Source: Raillietiella orientalis
Lineage: Eukaryota
Direction: 5' to 3'
DNA length: 64,000 bases
Assembly: GCA_036172245.1 (NCBI GenBank)
Contig: JAYWIR010000006.1
Coordinates: 1,922,001 to 1,986,000, forward strand
Position numbers and translations under genes: made by a program. The notes below the pieces were generated by a model, which ran no database searches, was not told where the DNA came from, and saw only the letters and a list, made by a program, of their open reading frames with translations. The stretch's first letter is position 1, and each line of letters starts with the position of its first letter. Positions 52,001 to 59,949 of this stretch are shown in pieces.

Positions 52001-54184
52001 GAAGGATGCAGTCAACCTCATGGGCATTGCCACCCATTTCCGAAGCACACACTCTTCGCAAACATCACGCTAAGAACTTCGCTACCATCTGTTTTCCCTT
52101 TGATCAACCTGCCTTTGAAATTTGAAATTTGAAAGTATCAGTAAAAAAGGAGGCTTATGCAGGAGAAGCACCTGTGGTTAAGTGTCACCACGTTCACCAA
52201 ATCATCAAGGTGCGTTCCCTTGCAAGCTCCGATTGAAGACCTATGGAAGGTTGCCCTACTCCCGTAACCCGCTAACTCGCCTACTATTTTCTCTATGTAC
52301 AATACAGAACTTGTGGTGGCCATCCACAAGGAGAAAACATTAAGAATGGTGAGTGATCTCAATCACCCTCGGTGCTATAATGCTTCTCTCCATCTATTCC
52401 AGGATATCCCGGAAAATGGAGGCGTAGTCTCGATTCGCTTTGGAGGTAGTCTGCAGAGTCCACAGAGTTCACTTGGTTGGAACCCCTGTGTCGCTCTGGA
52501 AAACCTTCTTGGACTTTGATCAGGAAATGCAGCTCCAAGAGTGACCTGGAGTGCGCCGTATAAGTGCGACCTGGGCCTTGACTGCAAGACGCCGAAAAAC
52601 AAAAGATATATTCTAAAAAAACATGAAAAGTCATTTCCTCAGAAAGCAAGTGCCATTTTTTTTTCCTTTTTTGGTCAGAAACGTGCCTCCTGCCTGGTTC
52701 TTCCCCCGCCAAAGTTCCCTCTTCAGGATGGAAAAGGATGGTGAAAATCCTTCTAGGTTCTTTTGTTTTCGTTGTTTTCCTTCCAGCCTTTTTTTCTTCT
52801 TTTGAATTTCCTTCTATTGGTTCTCTAAGTGCTGAAGAACCATCCGCCTCCTCGGGGAGGCTCATAAAACTCTTCAGCACTGCTCTGCGCCAACCGAGGG
52901 TGCGTGTAGTAACTCTTCAAGTTAGGGGCTACACGGGAAGGATCCAGAAAGCTCTGGAGGAAGGAGTCCGTTCCTCTTACGCTTGATAGAGAACCCTGAA
53001 GGGAACTTCTTCCTCATTCTCTCCGGAGGGAACCCTTGGAGGGGACCACTCCTCATGTCCATCTCCTGGTTTCCTCCTCTGAAGAGAACCATGAAGGGAC
53101 GCTTCCAAATTTCTTTGAAAGTTCGCTCCCCGAAGGGAGCAGCGCGCTTCGTGACACTCTGGAGAAGTATCAATCAACCAGCTCCTCCATGATACTTGAC
53201 GACCCCACTTGCACAACTGGAGGGGATCCCGAAGCGAAGGCTTCATGATCCCTTCTGAAGAGGACTGAAGGACCCTGGAGGATCAACTTTTAATCCCGGC
53301 CAGTCAGCAGGGATATCAGGCTCCCGGATTCCACCAGCGCCACACTTAAAGTCCACGGGCCAACCAGCATCGTCCTGCAGGGAGACTCGAAACCCACAAC
53401 GCACCCATTTTTCGGCGTCGATCTTTCCCCAGGAAGGATTCGAACCCGTAACGCTTGGTATCACGCGCGGAGGCCGCAGGGACACACCGTCGCTAACTCG
53501 ACGCCCTCAGGGAGCGAGTCGATCCTTTAGGAGCCGTCACTGATGGCCGGGAAGGCCATCAGTGACGGCCGTCGGCTCCCAAAGGATCCCAGAGAAATCC
53601 CCCGAGGGGGGTTATATTAACCAGTTTCGCGGTACGCGATAATGCGGCTCCCTTTTCACAATCGGAGGGGGACCCCTAAAGGTTCCTTGATTTCTGGAAG
53701 GACCCCGAAAGGTCGACTTCGAATCTTGGAGGCAGTCAACGGTGTCATTCGACGTCCACCTGCGTCGCACTTGAAGCCCACAGGTCAACTAGAGTCTTTC
53801 TGTGGGAGGGACTCGAAAACCATGACGCATGCCCCGTTCTCGGCGTCGATCCTTCTCCGGGTGGGATTCGAACCTGCAACGCTTGGAGCAGCCACACCGC
53901 CGCCAACGCAGGCTATCCGATTGTCTGAGATTCACGACATCGCGGGCCCTCAGAACGTGTGTCGCGGCAGTCAAGGACGCCTTTGCTCTCGTGGAAGTCA
54001 CGTGGCAGCCGCCATTGCTCTTTGGGGAGCAATCAAGAGACCAATCTTTACCTGTATATGGGAGTTCCGAACCCCTCCTTGTACCAGATGACCACCCTGA
54101 TGGAAGAGAAGTGCTCACGGACACCCAAGCTGCAGGGCAGGAATGAAGGTCTTCCGACGACGCTGACAATCATCGGAAACGTCA
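822..54184 (-). CDS. Sidestep/Side-family (nephrin-like) Ig-superfamily type I membrane protein, multi-exon; 5 Ig + FN3 + TM + cytoplasmic tail; 5' end not resolved
   Basis: Hand-spliced exons 54184-54052, 43385-43180, 38679-38569, 32446-32249, 31826-31675, 31513-31375, 27685-27555, 22310-22154, 22065-21769, 18521-18228, 11384-11273 and (tentative) 1020-822. All have GT-AG boundaries and matching phases. Side-family hallmarks: LPC...VIWYK...PIYS, YKCRVDF, YxCxAxNxEGxG, YKPVC, CWSxNxIGxQxxxC, GFDGGLPQxF. Confidence 0.9.
1200..3100 (-). mobile_element. Decayed DIRS-like retrotransposon relic (MT/YR part; RNase H part probably continues at 5000-5500)
   Basis: Degenerate motifs: LFGGP (about 3015-3030), ILLLFA (about 1725-1745), HCYPI (about 1540-1555) and a late HGSSS near 1375-1390, in YR order; HLRSYAGEGNHA at about 5075-5110 is RNase H-like. 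Read by eye only. Confidence 0.4.
3130..4995 (-). mobile_element. Tx1/L1-like non-LTR retrotransposon, 5'-truncated, decayed (copy 1)
   Basis: RT motifs AAYADDLLLL (about 4920-4945), LRVNKAKS and YLKYFGVPLG; post-RT LWGKGR; C-terminal zinc knuckle CSRCGGRESLPHLIVDC (ORF 3470-4039); T-rich 3' UTR with AATAAA at 3144-3149. Contains stops and frameshifts. Confidence 0.88.
5510..10100 (-). mobile_element. Tx1/L1-like non-LTR retrotransposon, near-complete ORF2 relic (copy 2)
   Basis: APE-endonuclease-like remnants (LFQE, DGRVI, 9670-10060), WKWNPNLF linker (about 9165-9190), degenerate RT (LGFP, RGWGCSFP, PDDL; 7610-8090). 5700-7020 is visibly homologous to 3340-4640 of copy 1. AATAAA at 5520-5525. 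Interrupted by a SINE at about 7072-7480. Confidence 0.8.
7072..7480 (+). mobile_element. SINE family copy D (head-less), inserted in Tx1-like copy 2
   Basis: Aligns by eye to 48235-48620 (e.g. gcagctagttgatacc vs gcagctggttgatacc; gaggagaaattccaggagc vs gaggagaaatcccaggagc) and to the reverse complement of 52980-53345. Confidence 0.75.
11273..11384 (-). CDS. Side-like gene exon: transmembrane helix and stop-transfer
   Basis: KPSRLAHHLHLVLGNAFGIAFAILIVALLIFFKMNKKR; hydrophobic run followed by basic residues. The phase-1 acceptor ttcaag fits the FN3 exon; CG|gtgaat donor. Confidence 0.8.
11500..16200 (-). mobile_element. Decayed DIRS-like retrotransposon, possibly near full length (gag-RT-RH-YR order)
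   Basis: RT-like SPISSHHGGFRC...SIFLVDSFHAI (14099-14431); YR-like FLFFLWIRMSHHSELCA (11887-12165) and DHRGQREFSMCA...VPQEMC (11505-11768). Confidence 0.5.
16207..16248. other. Inverted repeat/hairpin
   Basis: attccg-t-tggctcatgaag [gctt] cttcatgagcca-c-cggaat: 18 bp with one mismatch. Confidence 0.8.
16650..18100 (-). mobile_element. Decayed DIRS-like relic (RH-MT-YR)
   Basis: NNNERELTPVK (IN.LEL.AV-like, about 18050-18085), LYLFA...FYSFSP (17467-17829), PLLSDVLK (about 16700-16725). Confidence 0.35.
18228..18521 (-). CDS. Side-like gene exon: fibronectin type III domain
   Basis: APEPLSSCSLSNKTSALMKVSCKKGFDGGLPQKFRLEI...ILVYAVNSKGSS; tttttag acceptor, A|gtaagt donor. Confidence 0.94.
18800..21400 (-). 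mobile_element. Decayed DIRS-like relics (RT to MT at 18800-20000; YR at 20650-21400)
   Basis: VNLQDF...RRLFRL and GGSTAP (19710-20000); VYLSPP (18859-19101); HVRVSLFDVMRD (20647-20916). Confidence 0.35.
21769..22065 (-). CDS. Side-like gene exon: Ig5
   Basis: YKPVCRTESISYFYCRGCRRKAEIFCPSDGCPEPSEYYWTF...LSCWSKNDIGVQEKKCVINVKEA; gtcttag acceptor, T|gtaagt donor. Confidence 0.92.
22154..22310 (-). CDS. Side-like gene exon: Ig4 C-terminal half
   Basis: DLEIQQEDVDYLVSGFSLLVQNASKVHAGSYQCSAYNLEGDGQSRQIDIVLK; atttag acceptor, T|gtaagt donor. Confidence 0.94.
22650..26600 (-). mobile_element. Decayed DIRS-like relic (RT to YR)
   Basis: GFPKALFSF...REPIL (25637-25945) resembles the RT start; VRSFAVSRA (22660-22878) resembles the YR H..R box. 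Confidence 0.4.
27101..27122 (+). repeat. (TG)n microsatellite
   Basis: About 10 TG units seen directly. Confidence 0.9.
27367..27406 (+). repeat. A-tract followed by (GAA)n
   Basis: aaaaaacaaaaaaaaaaagaagaagaagaagaagaag seen directly. Confidence 0.85.
27555..27685 (-). CDS. Side-like gene exon: Ig4 N-terminal half
   Basis: FKPHVKLKLTSHEAGDDITEKDNVSFVCEAFAYPEIYKVVWKHN, read directly and absent from the ORF track; gtttcag acceptor, gtaagt donor. Confidence 0.92.
30150..31000 (-). mobile_element. Tyrosine-recombinase relic (DIRS/Crypton type)
   Basis: In order: SLLAMVS, LCPHVSLHEYLS (LCPV..L..YL-like, about 30545-30580), QRSSASA, WFRHYI (about 30190-30210). Confidence 0.55.
31375..31513 (-). 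CDS. Side-like gene exon: Ig3 C-terminal half
   Basis: TKEPHVTSYIVLNTTAADEGKTLSCTGRNPAIARSNSTDSMRMKIS; cctcag acceptor, T|gtgagt donor. Confidence 0.92.
31675..31826 (-). CDS. Side-like gene exon: Ig3 N-terminal half
   Basis: LKPFAAQILNKDMPLSENSENHLSCVVNGSKPQTLIIWTIEGQVLQTERFA; tttccag acceptor, gtaaga donor (phase 0). Confidence 0.92.
32249..32446 (-). CDS. Side-like gene exon: Ig2 C-terminal half
   Basis: GIFPAKLMWLENDNVLSEGG...LTLDSLSRENDGRKFICRAVYSDEVTSESSVTIALS; gttccag acceptor, T|gtgggt donor. Confidence 0.92.
33600..38150 (-). mobile_element. Decayed DIRS-like relic(s): RT/RH at 36700-38150, YR at 33600-34300
   Basis: RLFVSSRK, MPFGAAPRVF (about 37395-37425; LPFGL..APRVF-like), DCPAPGWRLH (DAS..GWG-like), MDNFDARAFL, PADQWTL; SSLLAAG...EIC (33545-33853). 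Confidence 0.6.
36270..36660 (+). repeat. Degenerate AT-rich pentamer microsatellite (TTCTA/TTCTG-like)
   Basis: Abrupt GC drop with recurrent ttcta/ttctg/ttcca units. Confidence 0.8.
38569..38679 (-). CDS. Side-like gene exon: Ig2 N-terminal half
   Basis: DSLNAPFIMTRDLNARGDSITYLEEGSSETLACVSTQG; ctttcag acceptor, G|gtattc donor, phase 1-1. Confidence 0.85.
38750..43100 (-). mobile_element. Two decayed DIRS-like relics in tandem (38750-41200 and 41400-43100)
   Basis: IAIDAAQLSRLY (about 40950-40985), DIEDELYRAL and QDSG..SYL (39707-40081), LPKTNRRIDRV, GGPSAD; second unit FLSF...FDLLLLSVGV (42475-43038). Confidence 0.45.
43180..43385 (-). CDS. Side-like gene exon: Ig1 C-terminal half
   Basis: FDLRSGKDALGRHWQNEAWIRPRVHFQRSQPSGLILPQTLKNDTGVYKCRVDFLNHPTITTMVNFTVI; tttttcag acceptor, G|gtacgc donor. 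Only its last few codons appear in the ORF track. Confidence 0.93.
43550..47600 (-). mobile_element. Decayed DIRS-like relic (gag-RT-RH-MT)
   Basis: gag-like GHLLLGRRR (45989-46654); RT-like MEMQPIG...ETAMYH (44968-45150) and GIYLRK; GDVSSLIL (RH-like); KISLYS (MT-like). Confidence 0.5.
48040..48730 (+). mobile_element. tRNA-derived SINE, copy A (about 690 bp)
   Basis: Head ...gtgtggctg...ccaagcgtt...ttcgaac...aaggatcgacgc is shared with copies B and C; body has internal ttctcttc(a/g)gag subrepeats. Confidence 0.75.
49450..52100 (-). mobile_element. Decayed DIRS-like relic (RT-RH-MT)
   Basis: LLLVPEDSRRP (51398-51772), YPFMVFGL (50962-51543), FDVS, EAKAMKW, HPGWVG, VIKKVSQK, in the expected order. 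Confidence 0.5.
52925..53500 (-). mobile_element. tRNA-derived SINE, copy B
   Basis: Minus strand ccaagcgttacgGGTTCGAATCCttcc (Pol III B box) then aagatcgacgccg; body colinear with copy A through ggaacgga..ccttcctcc. Confidence 0.8.
53521..53588. other. Strong inverted repeat/hairpin
   Basis: Perfect 16-bp stem gccgtcactgatggcc / ggccatcagtgacggc with a 5-nt loop, plus outer arms gatccttt / aaaggatc. Confidence 0.85.
53645..53920 (-). mobile_element. tRNA-derived SINE, copy C (5' part only)
   Basis: Minus strand gatagcctgcgttgg...ccaagcgttgcaGGTTCGAATCCcac...aaggatcgacgccg; matches the first about 300 bp of copy A. Confidence 0.8.
54052..54184 (-). CDS. Side-like gene exon: Ig1 N-terminal half
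   Basis: TFPMIVSVVGRPSFLPCSLGVREHFSSIRVVIWYKEGFGTPIY(S); acceptor cattctcattctag, donor AG|gtaaag (phase 2) matches the next exon. Confidence 0.88.
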
Positions 54185-54349
54185 CTAGAATGAGAATGGG
54201 AGGCATGAGCGCTGTTGTTGCCGTCGCGGCAGAAATGGAGCTGAGGTCGGTGGCTGCTCCACGGAGAGCTGCTGCCGCCTGTCGTCCGCGGCACTTTGCC
54301 AATTGCAGCTAAGAGCGTAGTTCCCGAAACTTGGTGTCTGGGAGTTTCT

Positions 54350-57300
54350 GGTCGGCATTGATCCCCACCCCGAGAGCGAGACTCTTCTACCTGCCGAGGG
54401 TCAGCTCCGGACCGAAGGAGTGGCGCAGTCCCGGCTAGGAGACCCTCGAGTAGTAAATCGTCTTCTTCGGTGGCATCGAGCGCAGCGGCAAGAAAGTAAG
54501 GACCGCTCGGCTGGAAGGAGGATGCGGCTTGCATTCTATCCGCCTGCGAGGCGCATGGGAGTTCTGGGTCTCCGGGACGGAGCGACCGCGGGGCGCTTCC
54601 TTCAGGAGTCTTTACTCAAGGAGTGGTCCGAGGACTGTTCTGTCGCCACCGAGTGGCGGTTTGGAACGGTCTCAGAGACCCTACCTCCGATGACGTCATA
54701 ATCGGTGCTCGACTCGGATGCAGCTCTTCGGCCGATCCCTCCATCAGTCATGGAAAAGAGTCGCTGTAGGCGGACTTGAGGCTTGACGAGCGGAGGAAGG
54801 ACGAAGGAGAAGCCAGGGGGGATGGAGGAGGATTCCCTCCTTGGCCTTCGAAAATCCCTCCCAGGTGGGTACGTCGGCAACTGCCTAGTCATGGGCCAAA
54901 AGGTCATCAAGTCGAAGAGGGAGACGATCTTCGTGCTGCACCTCTTATTCCAAAACCAGAAGATCACTCCACGGTTTCCGAAGTTTTGCTTGCAGTTGTC
55001 CTCCTTCGACTTCTTTCTCACCTGAGGATGTATAGACGCCGTGCTCTTCCTCCTGCTTAATCCCAGCGGTTCGCTCAGCGGAAGGTGGACTTTCCCCCGA
55101 TATCAAGTTGCCCTTTGGTTTCGTTTTCACTTTGCCTCTCGCAGGGCATGGTCGGACGGTGGCGGAAGAGAGAAAGGAGGGCAGCACGTATTCCATGTGC
55201 CCGCCGGTGCACCAGCGCACTCCGCGGGTTTGCGCGCTTCCGAAGGGAAGGATCGGAACCAGTTACCTACGGTTCCTCCTCCTTTCTTCCTTTCCCTTAT
55301 CGATTTCCCTTCCTTCTCCCCCTTTCCAACGGAAGCCGTTCAACTGGTGCCCGTAGGGAAGGCAACGCGCGCAAGGATCTCCCACGCCTCACACCACCAC
55401 CCTGCAAACAAAACAGAAACGTAAATACCAAGGTCGACGCGCCGCTCTTCGGTGGAGTTGAGATGGCTACCGGAGACCAAGTTCATCCAAAACGGAAGTA
55501 GGAGCCCCGCGCTCTTCAGCCAGAGAGGAGGGCGGCTCCCAGCGTTCCAGGAGGGCTGCTCGAGAGCGGTCAGGCTGTCGTCCATCTGAGAATCGGCGAT
55601 GGGAAAGGGCAGGAGGCGTCGTCCACCCTCGCGGCCACCTTCGCTCCACTGCAGTGCCAGAGACTCAAGTTCGCTTCCAGGAGAGTGGGGCGCGCGGCGG
55701 TGGGGGACTGCTGTAAACTCCGCGGGGCGTCGCGCGCGACAGAGAACCCCTTCCGCACCGCCGTGGCGCTCCGCGAGAGACTGGGACAGGGAGCAACTCT
55801 CAGCCTCACTCTAGAAATTCTTGGCAGTCGAGCTCCCCGCGCGGCTCCTTCTGACAAATCGTTCCGCGCGTTTCTTAGTTCCCTGATTTATCTTTTTTTT
55901 GCTTTCCCGTGCGTTTCTTCCAATCCCTGCTCCCCAGCTTCCTGTCCAAAGATCCCCGAAAATGCACGCATCCTGAGGAGGGAATGCCAACGATGAGCTC
56001 TCTTCCTCCTCTTCCACAGTCCGGCTCGATTTGCCGCATTCCTTTCTCCAGGGCATCTTCCGAGGTTGCAAGAAATGCCTGGGGGAAGAAGGTGCAGGAC
56101 AGAAGATCGCTCGACCACCCCGCCTTCCAACAGCATCGATTATCCGCTTCTCCTTCCTTTTTCGCCCTCATCCTGCTCAAGACTGTCTTTCTGGCAATCC
56201 CTGGTAAAGGGTAGAACCCACTCCTTCCTCGTCTTCGTTTCTATTCCTCCTTTCCTCCTCCTCCGCTTTCTTTTTTTCTCCTCCTCCTTCTCTTCCTCCT
56301 TTTCTCTTCCTCTTTCTCCTATCTTCTCTTATTCTTTTCTTTCTCCTCTCCCAGAATTTCTTTCGCGTCGCCGTCACAAGTTTAGATCACTGTGGACGCG
56401 GAAAAACGAAGAAAGGAAGCTCCAGTGGCTGAGCGTTTCCTCTTCCTCTTTGGGAATTCCGCCGGACTGGTCGGCCGTAGACTTAGGGAAGCTGGGAGAA
56501 TAAAAGGGGAATGCGAGAGCTTTGTCAAAGGGGGAAACTGCGCCGTTCTGGTAGTCTTGTCAAAAGGAGGGACCGGCATGTGCATTTGAACCGAGAATGA
56601 GGATACGAGGCCGGCCTCAGGGAGATTTCTGGCTCCACTGCCTCCTCTACCTCCGCAGGATCTCCCAGGTCGACGGCGAAGAAGGCATCTCCGCATCCTC
56701 GAGAGCGCCCCTGGCCACTCTCGCGTAAGCGAGACGCCAGCCCGGAAGTCTGAGCCACCCTCCGATCAGAGACACGCCCTTCTCCGGCTAAGGGTACGGC
56801 ACATGGCCCCCAGGCTCTCACTGCGAGCCGGAGGTTCTTGGTTCTCCGCGGCTCTTCCTCCCTTAGCTCGCTGTCCGCTGCCGACTCCCGAACTGTTGGA
56901 AAACTTTCCATTTCGCACCCCATTTGCCCCTGGTTTCCACGGGCATCTTCCGAGGGCGGAATGAACTCCCGGAATCGCACTTCCCGCGCCGGGGCCCCTC
57001 CTACAGCCTCCCCCACTCACTCTTTTCCTTCCTGTGATGCCCCTTCTTCCGTACCGAGTTCAGCACGGTCCTCCCGCAGCTGCTCCCATACCGCCGCCGC
57101 CGCTCGCGGAGCGGACTTGGCACTGCCATATTGCGGTTATCTCGAGGGACCTCTCGTCCGGTGATCTCTTTTATCCACTTCTCTCAAAGCCACTGAGACT
57201 TGCCATCCTTCCTCTGAGAAGCTCCCTTGCCCTCCTTTCCTCCGCCTTTGTTTGCTCCACTCCCAGCCCTATGGAAAGACCACTGGAGTTTTCTCATCCC

Positions 57301-59100
57301 GACCCACTCCGCAAGCTCCTGCTGAGAGTTTTCTCCTCCTCTGCCATCAGCTCCGCCGCCCTCTATCCTCCGTAGGGAGACGGAAACGCTCGAGTTCCAG
57401 ATAGGAGACACCCCTGGCTGCATGATGGAAGCACTAGGGGATTCCGCCAGCCCGGACACCAGGCACCAGGCACGTTCGGAGCGGACGCTTTCGGAAAGGA
57501 CAATCTCCCTTGTCAAGGAAGACCCCTCGACCTCTCTCTCTCTGAAGCACCCCTCCTACTTTGCCCTGCACTGCGCCTGCGTCGGGGTGATCGCAGGCAA
57601 AAGCGTCCACCCAGCGCTCAGGACCATCCCTGAGCCGGCTCCTAAAGCATCCTTTTCAACCCGGAAACAAATTCTCCGCATGAAGCTACGAATTCCCGAA
57701 AGATCTCTGGACATTCCGATAGGGAAATCCGTTTAGCAGCCAAAGAAGGTAGGGAAGGCCATCTGCTGCCCGAAGCAGGAGCTCGGAAGAACCTCTGACT
57801 GGAGCAGAGGTGCGCGCAACTGTCGTCTTTCCTGAATGAGAGACCTCCCTTTACTGGACTCATATGACTTGGGAGGACAGAAAAAAGAGGATGGATGAGT
57901 GGGTTTGTTCTCCTCCCTTTCAGAGAGCGTGGACCGATATGGGAAGCAGAGAGTGCTCTTCCTACTTTCGGCTCTGACTGCTTTCTCCTTTTGGGTCCCA
58001 TGATCTGGAGCCTGGAGCAGGATGTGAACAAAAAAAAAGAGGTTGGAAGTGAATTCTCTCACATCCTTCACAGGATTCGCCGTAAAGAGCAGCAGGAGAA
58101 AACATCAGACGAAAGAAGAGATGGCATTCCGCTGTTGAGGCAACGGGCAACACCTTCACGAAGACAAAGATATGAAATGGCGGAAGCAGGTGGCTTCCCA
58201 AAGTTATTCAAGCGTGATCCACTTGCAGAGGTCTCATCGGCAAAGCCTGCAGTCCACGTCATGAAGGTCTGTTGCTTCAACTTGAGTATTTCTTTGCCGT
58301 CTGTTTTGTTTTCTTTCTTTTTTGTCGTTGCTGTCTAACCACGACAGAGGAGCACTGGTCAACCGCATAAGAAAGTTTCGATCTGTGCTTTGCTGCCGAA
58401 GCTGCCGCACCTCCGAACCGGTCATAACCTTCCACCGCCCTTCCGATCCTCTTCCGAGATCTGCTCAATGTGGAATTCCTTCCTCTTCTTTTCCCATGGA
58501 GCGGTTCGAGGAGGGGGAAATCGGGAACTCCTTTTCGTGCCGGCGACGCGCAGAGACCTCGTCGCTCTTCCGCGCAATCCGACACAGTGCTAGAACCGCG
58601 TGCATGCATGGGATGGATTTCCACGACTCCATCGTTCTCTCTCAAGCTGTATCCTTCTCCGACATCTTCGCTCGGACGAGCTGCCCGTTTAGCAAGCGGA
58701 AGATCCGCTGCTGTGCGCGATGATGCTGAGGATGCAAGCGCGACTTCTAAACCTCCGTGCTGGCGCTCTCCGGAGTTCCAGGAAGCTGCATACACGAGAA
58801 GCACAGGCAGGGGAGTCGGGAGATGATGGGAGGGAAACTTTCGTGCATTTCTGCGTGGCTCGGAAGGAAGCAGAAGTCTGCTCCACGCATTTCGCTGGCA
58901 CCTGGTCGCCAACGGGAAACCCAAGCCGCGCGCATCATGCTGGTGGTGGGGGACCGTCTGATGACGGTATTCTGCCATGCGGATACGCATACCTACGCCG
59001 ACCGGACGCGTGCACCAGCATCCGGACTCTGCGTGCCAGGGCGTGCGCCGCACCGCGCGTCACGCCTTTCGAATCATCGTAACGGCACGGCGCCGGGTTG
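54350..59100 (-). mobile_element. Decayed DIRS-like relic(s): RT to MT at 57400-58900, gag-like at 54350-57100
   Basis: SSTVSDCAEERRGL (58277-59053), WVDAFA (about 57597-57614), LEANLSL (55570-55857). Confidence 0.4.
56220..56362 (+). repeat. Polypyrimidine (CT-rich) low-complexity tract
   Basis: About 140 bp made up almost entirely of C and T. Confidence 0.8.
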
Positions 59101-59949
59101 GCGCCGAATCGGTGAATTCCGAGTGATCCATCCCGCGTGGTGACTCTGGGATGGCCTCAGGCTGCTTCGGGTTGTGCACCGGTAGGATGCACTCGAGAGT
59201 CCGCGACCGGATGTACCTCTGACTAGCCGTGGTGATTCCCTCCCCTTCCCTCTTCGCGCGGACCTTGAGTGCATGAGGGATAGCAGAAGAGTCTCTGAGC
59301 ACCCATGTCGAGCCGCTCTGATGCCTCCATGAGATGAAACAACGATGTCCGGGTACTTAGGTGAAAGGCATACGCGTCATTCGACTTCACCCTCCCCTCG
59401 CTGAGCTTCCTAGCGCTTCTTGACCGAAGAGGCGTGCCAGCGATTCCGTAGTTCTCTCTATTTGTCCTGGAACCAGCAAAAGATTACAAGAGTACTCATG
59501 GAGGTTCGCGAGCGGAAAAGACCCACAAGTGAGCTCCCAACATTCAAACTTCTACGTGGACGCGAAATGGCACATTTGACATATGACCCTTTCTTAAAAG
59601 GACTTGAGAGCGCATTTCAGAAATGCCATCAGCAGAATCTTCTTCCTCGCTCAAGCGAGGAAATGCACAGCACTTGAGTCCCATTTAGTGCGCATTTCAC
59701 ACACTTACGCTCAGCCGCTTGCTTCTTTCAATGGGAGCTGAAGAGGTGGTAACGTTTCAGGTGCTGCAAGAATCGGAAGAATACGTCGCTGGGAACAAAG
59801 TGAATACAGACCCAGAATTAGAATAACTACCAAAGGAAGCCGTATGTATCCGTTTAGGCTCCTTTTCCATTCTATTTCAGTGGCCGGAGTGCATGATGCT
59901 AAACCTTACTGGCGTCTCGCTAATCCCGTTCTGAAGACGCGTTTTTGTT

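Noticed and set aside
52138..52362. Candidate Ig1 N-terminal exon with a phase-2 donor
   Set aside because: It lacks the LPC and W motifs; 54052-54184 fits far better.
53410..53920. tRNA genes suggested by GGTTCGAATCC
   Set aside because: No complete cloverleaf, and homology continues into a shared repeat body, so these are SINE heads.
27963..54698. CRE palindromes TGACGTCA (27963, about 35315, about 54691)
   Set aside because: 8-mers in TE-rich sequence are not sufficient evidence of regulatory function.
1860..58970. Hammerhead ribozyme cores (CTGATGA at about 1869, 8756, 13764 and 58958, and on the minus strand at about 1720 and 35257)
   Set aside because: I could not build a properly placed stem II plus GAAA and flanking helices.
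59709..59737. Micro-exon with good splice signals (cttcag...gtaagt, minus strand)
   Set aside because: The frame required to join the phase-1 Ig1 exon contains a stop.
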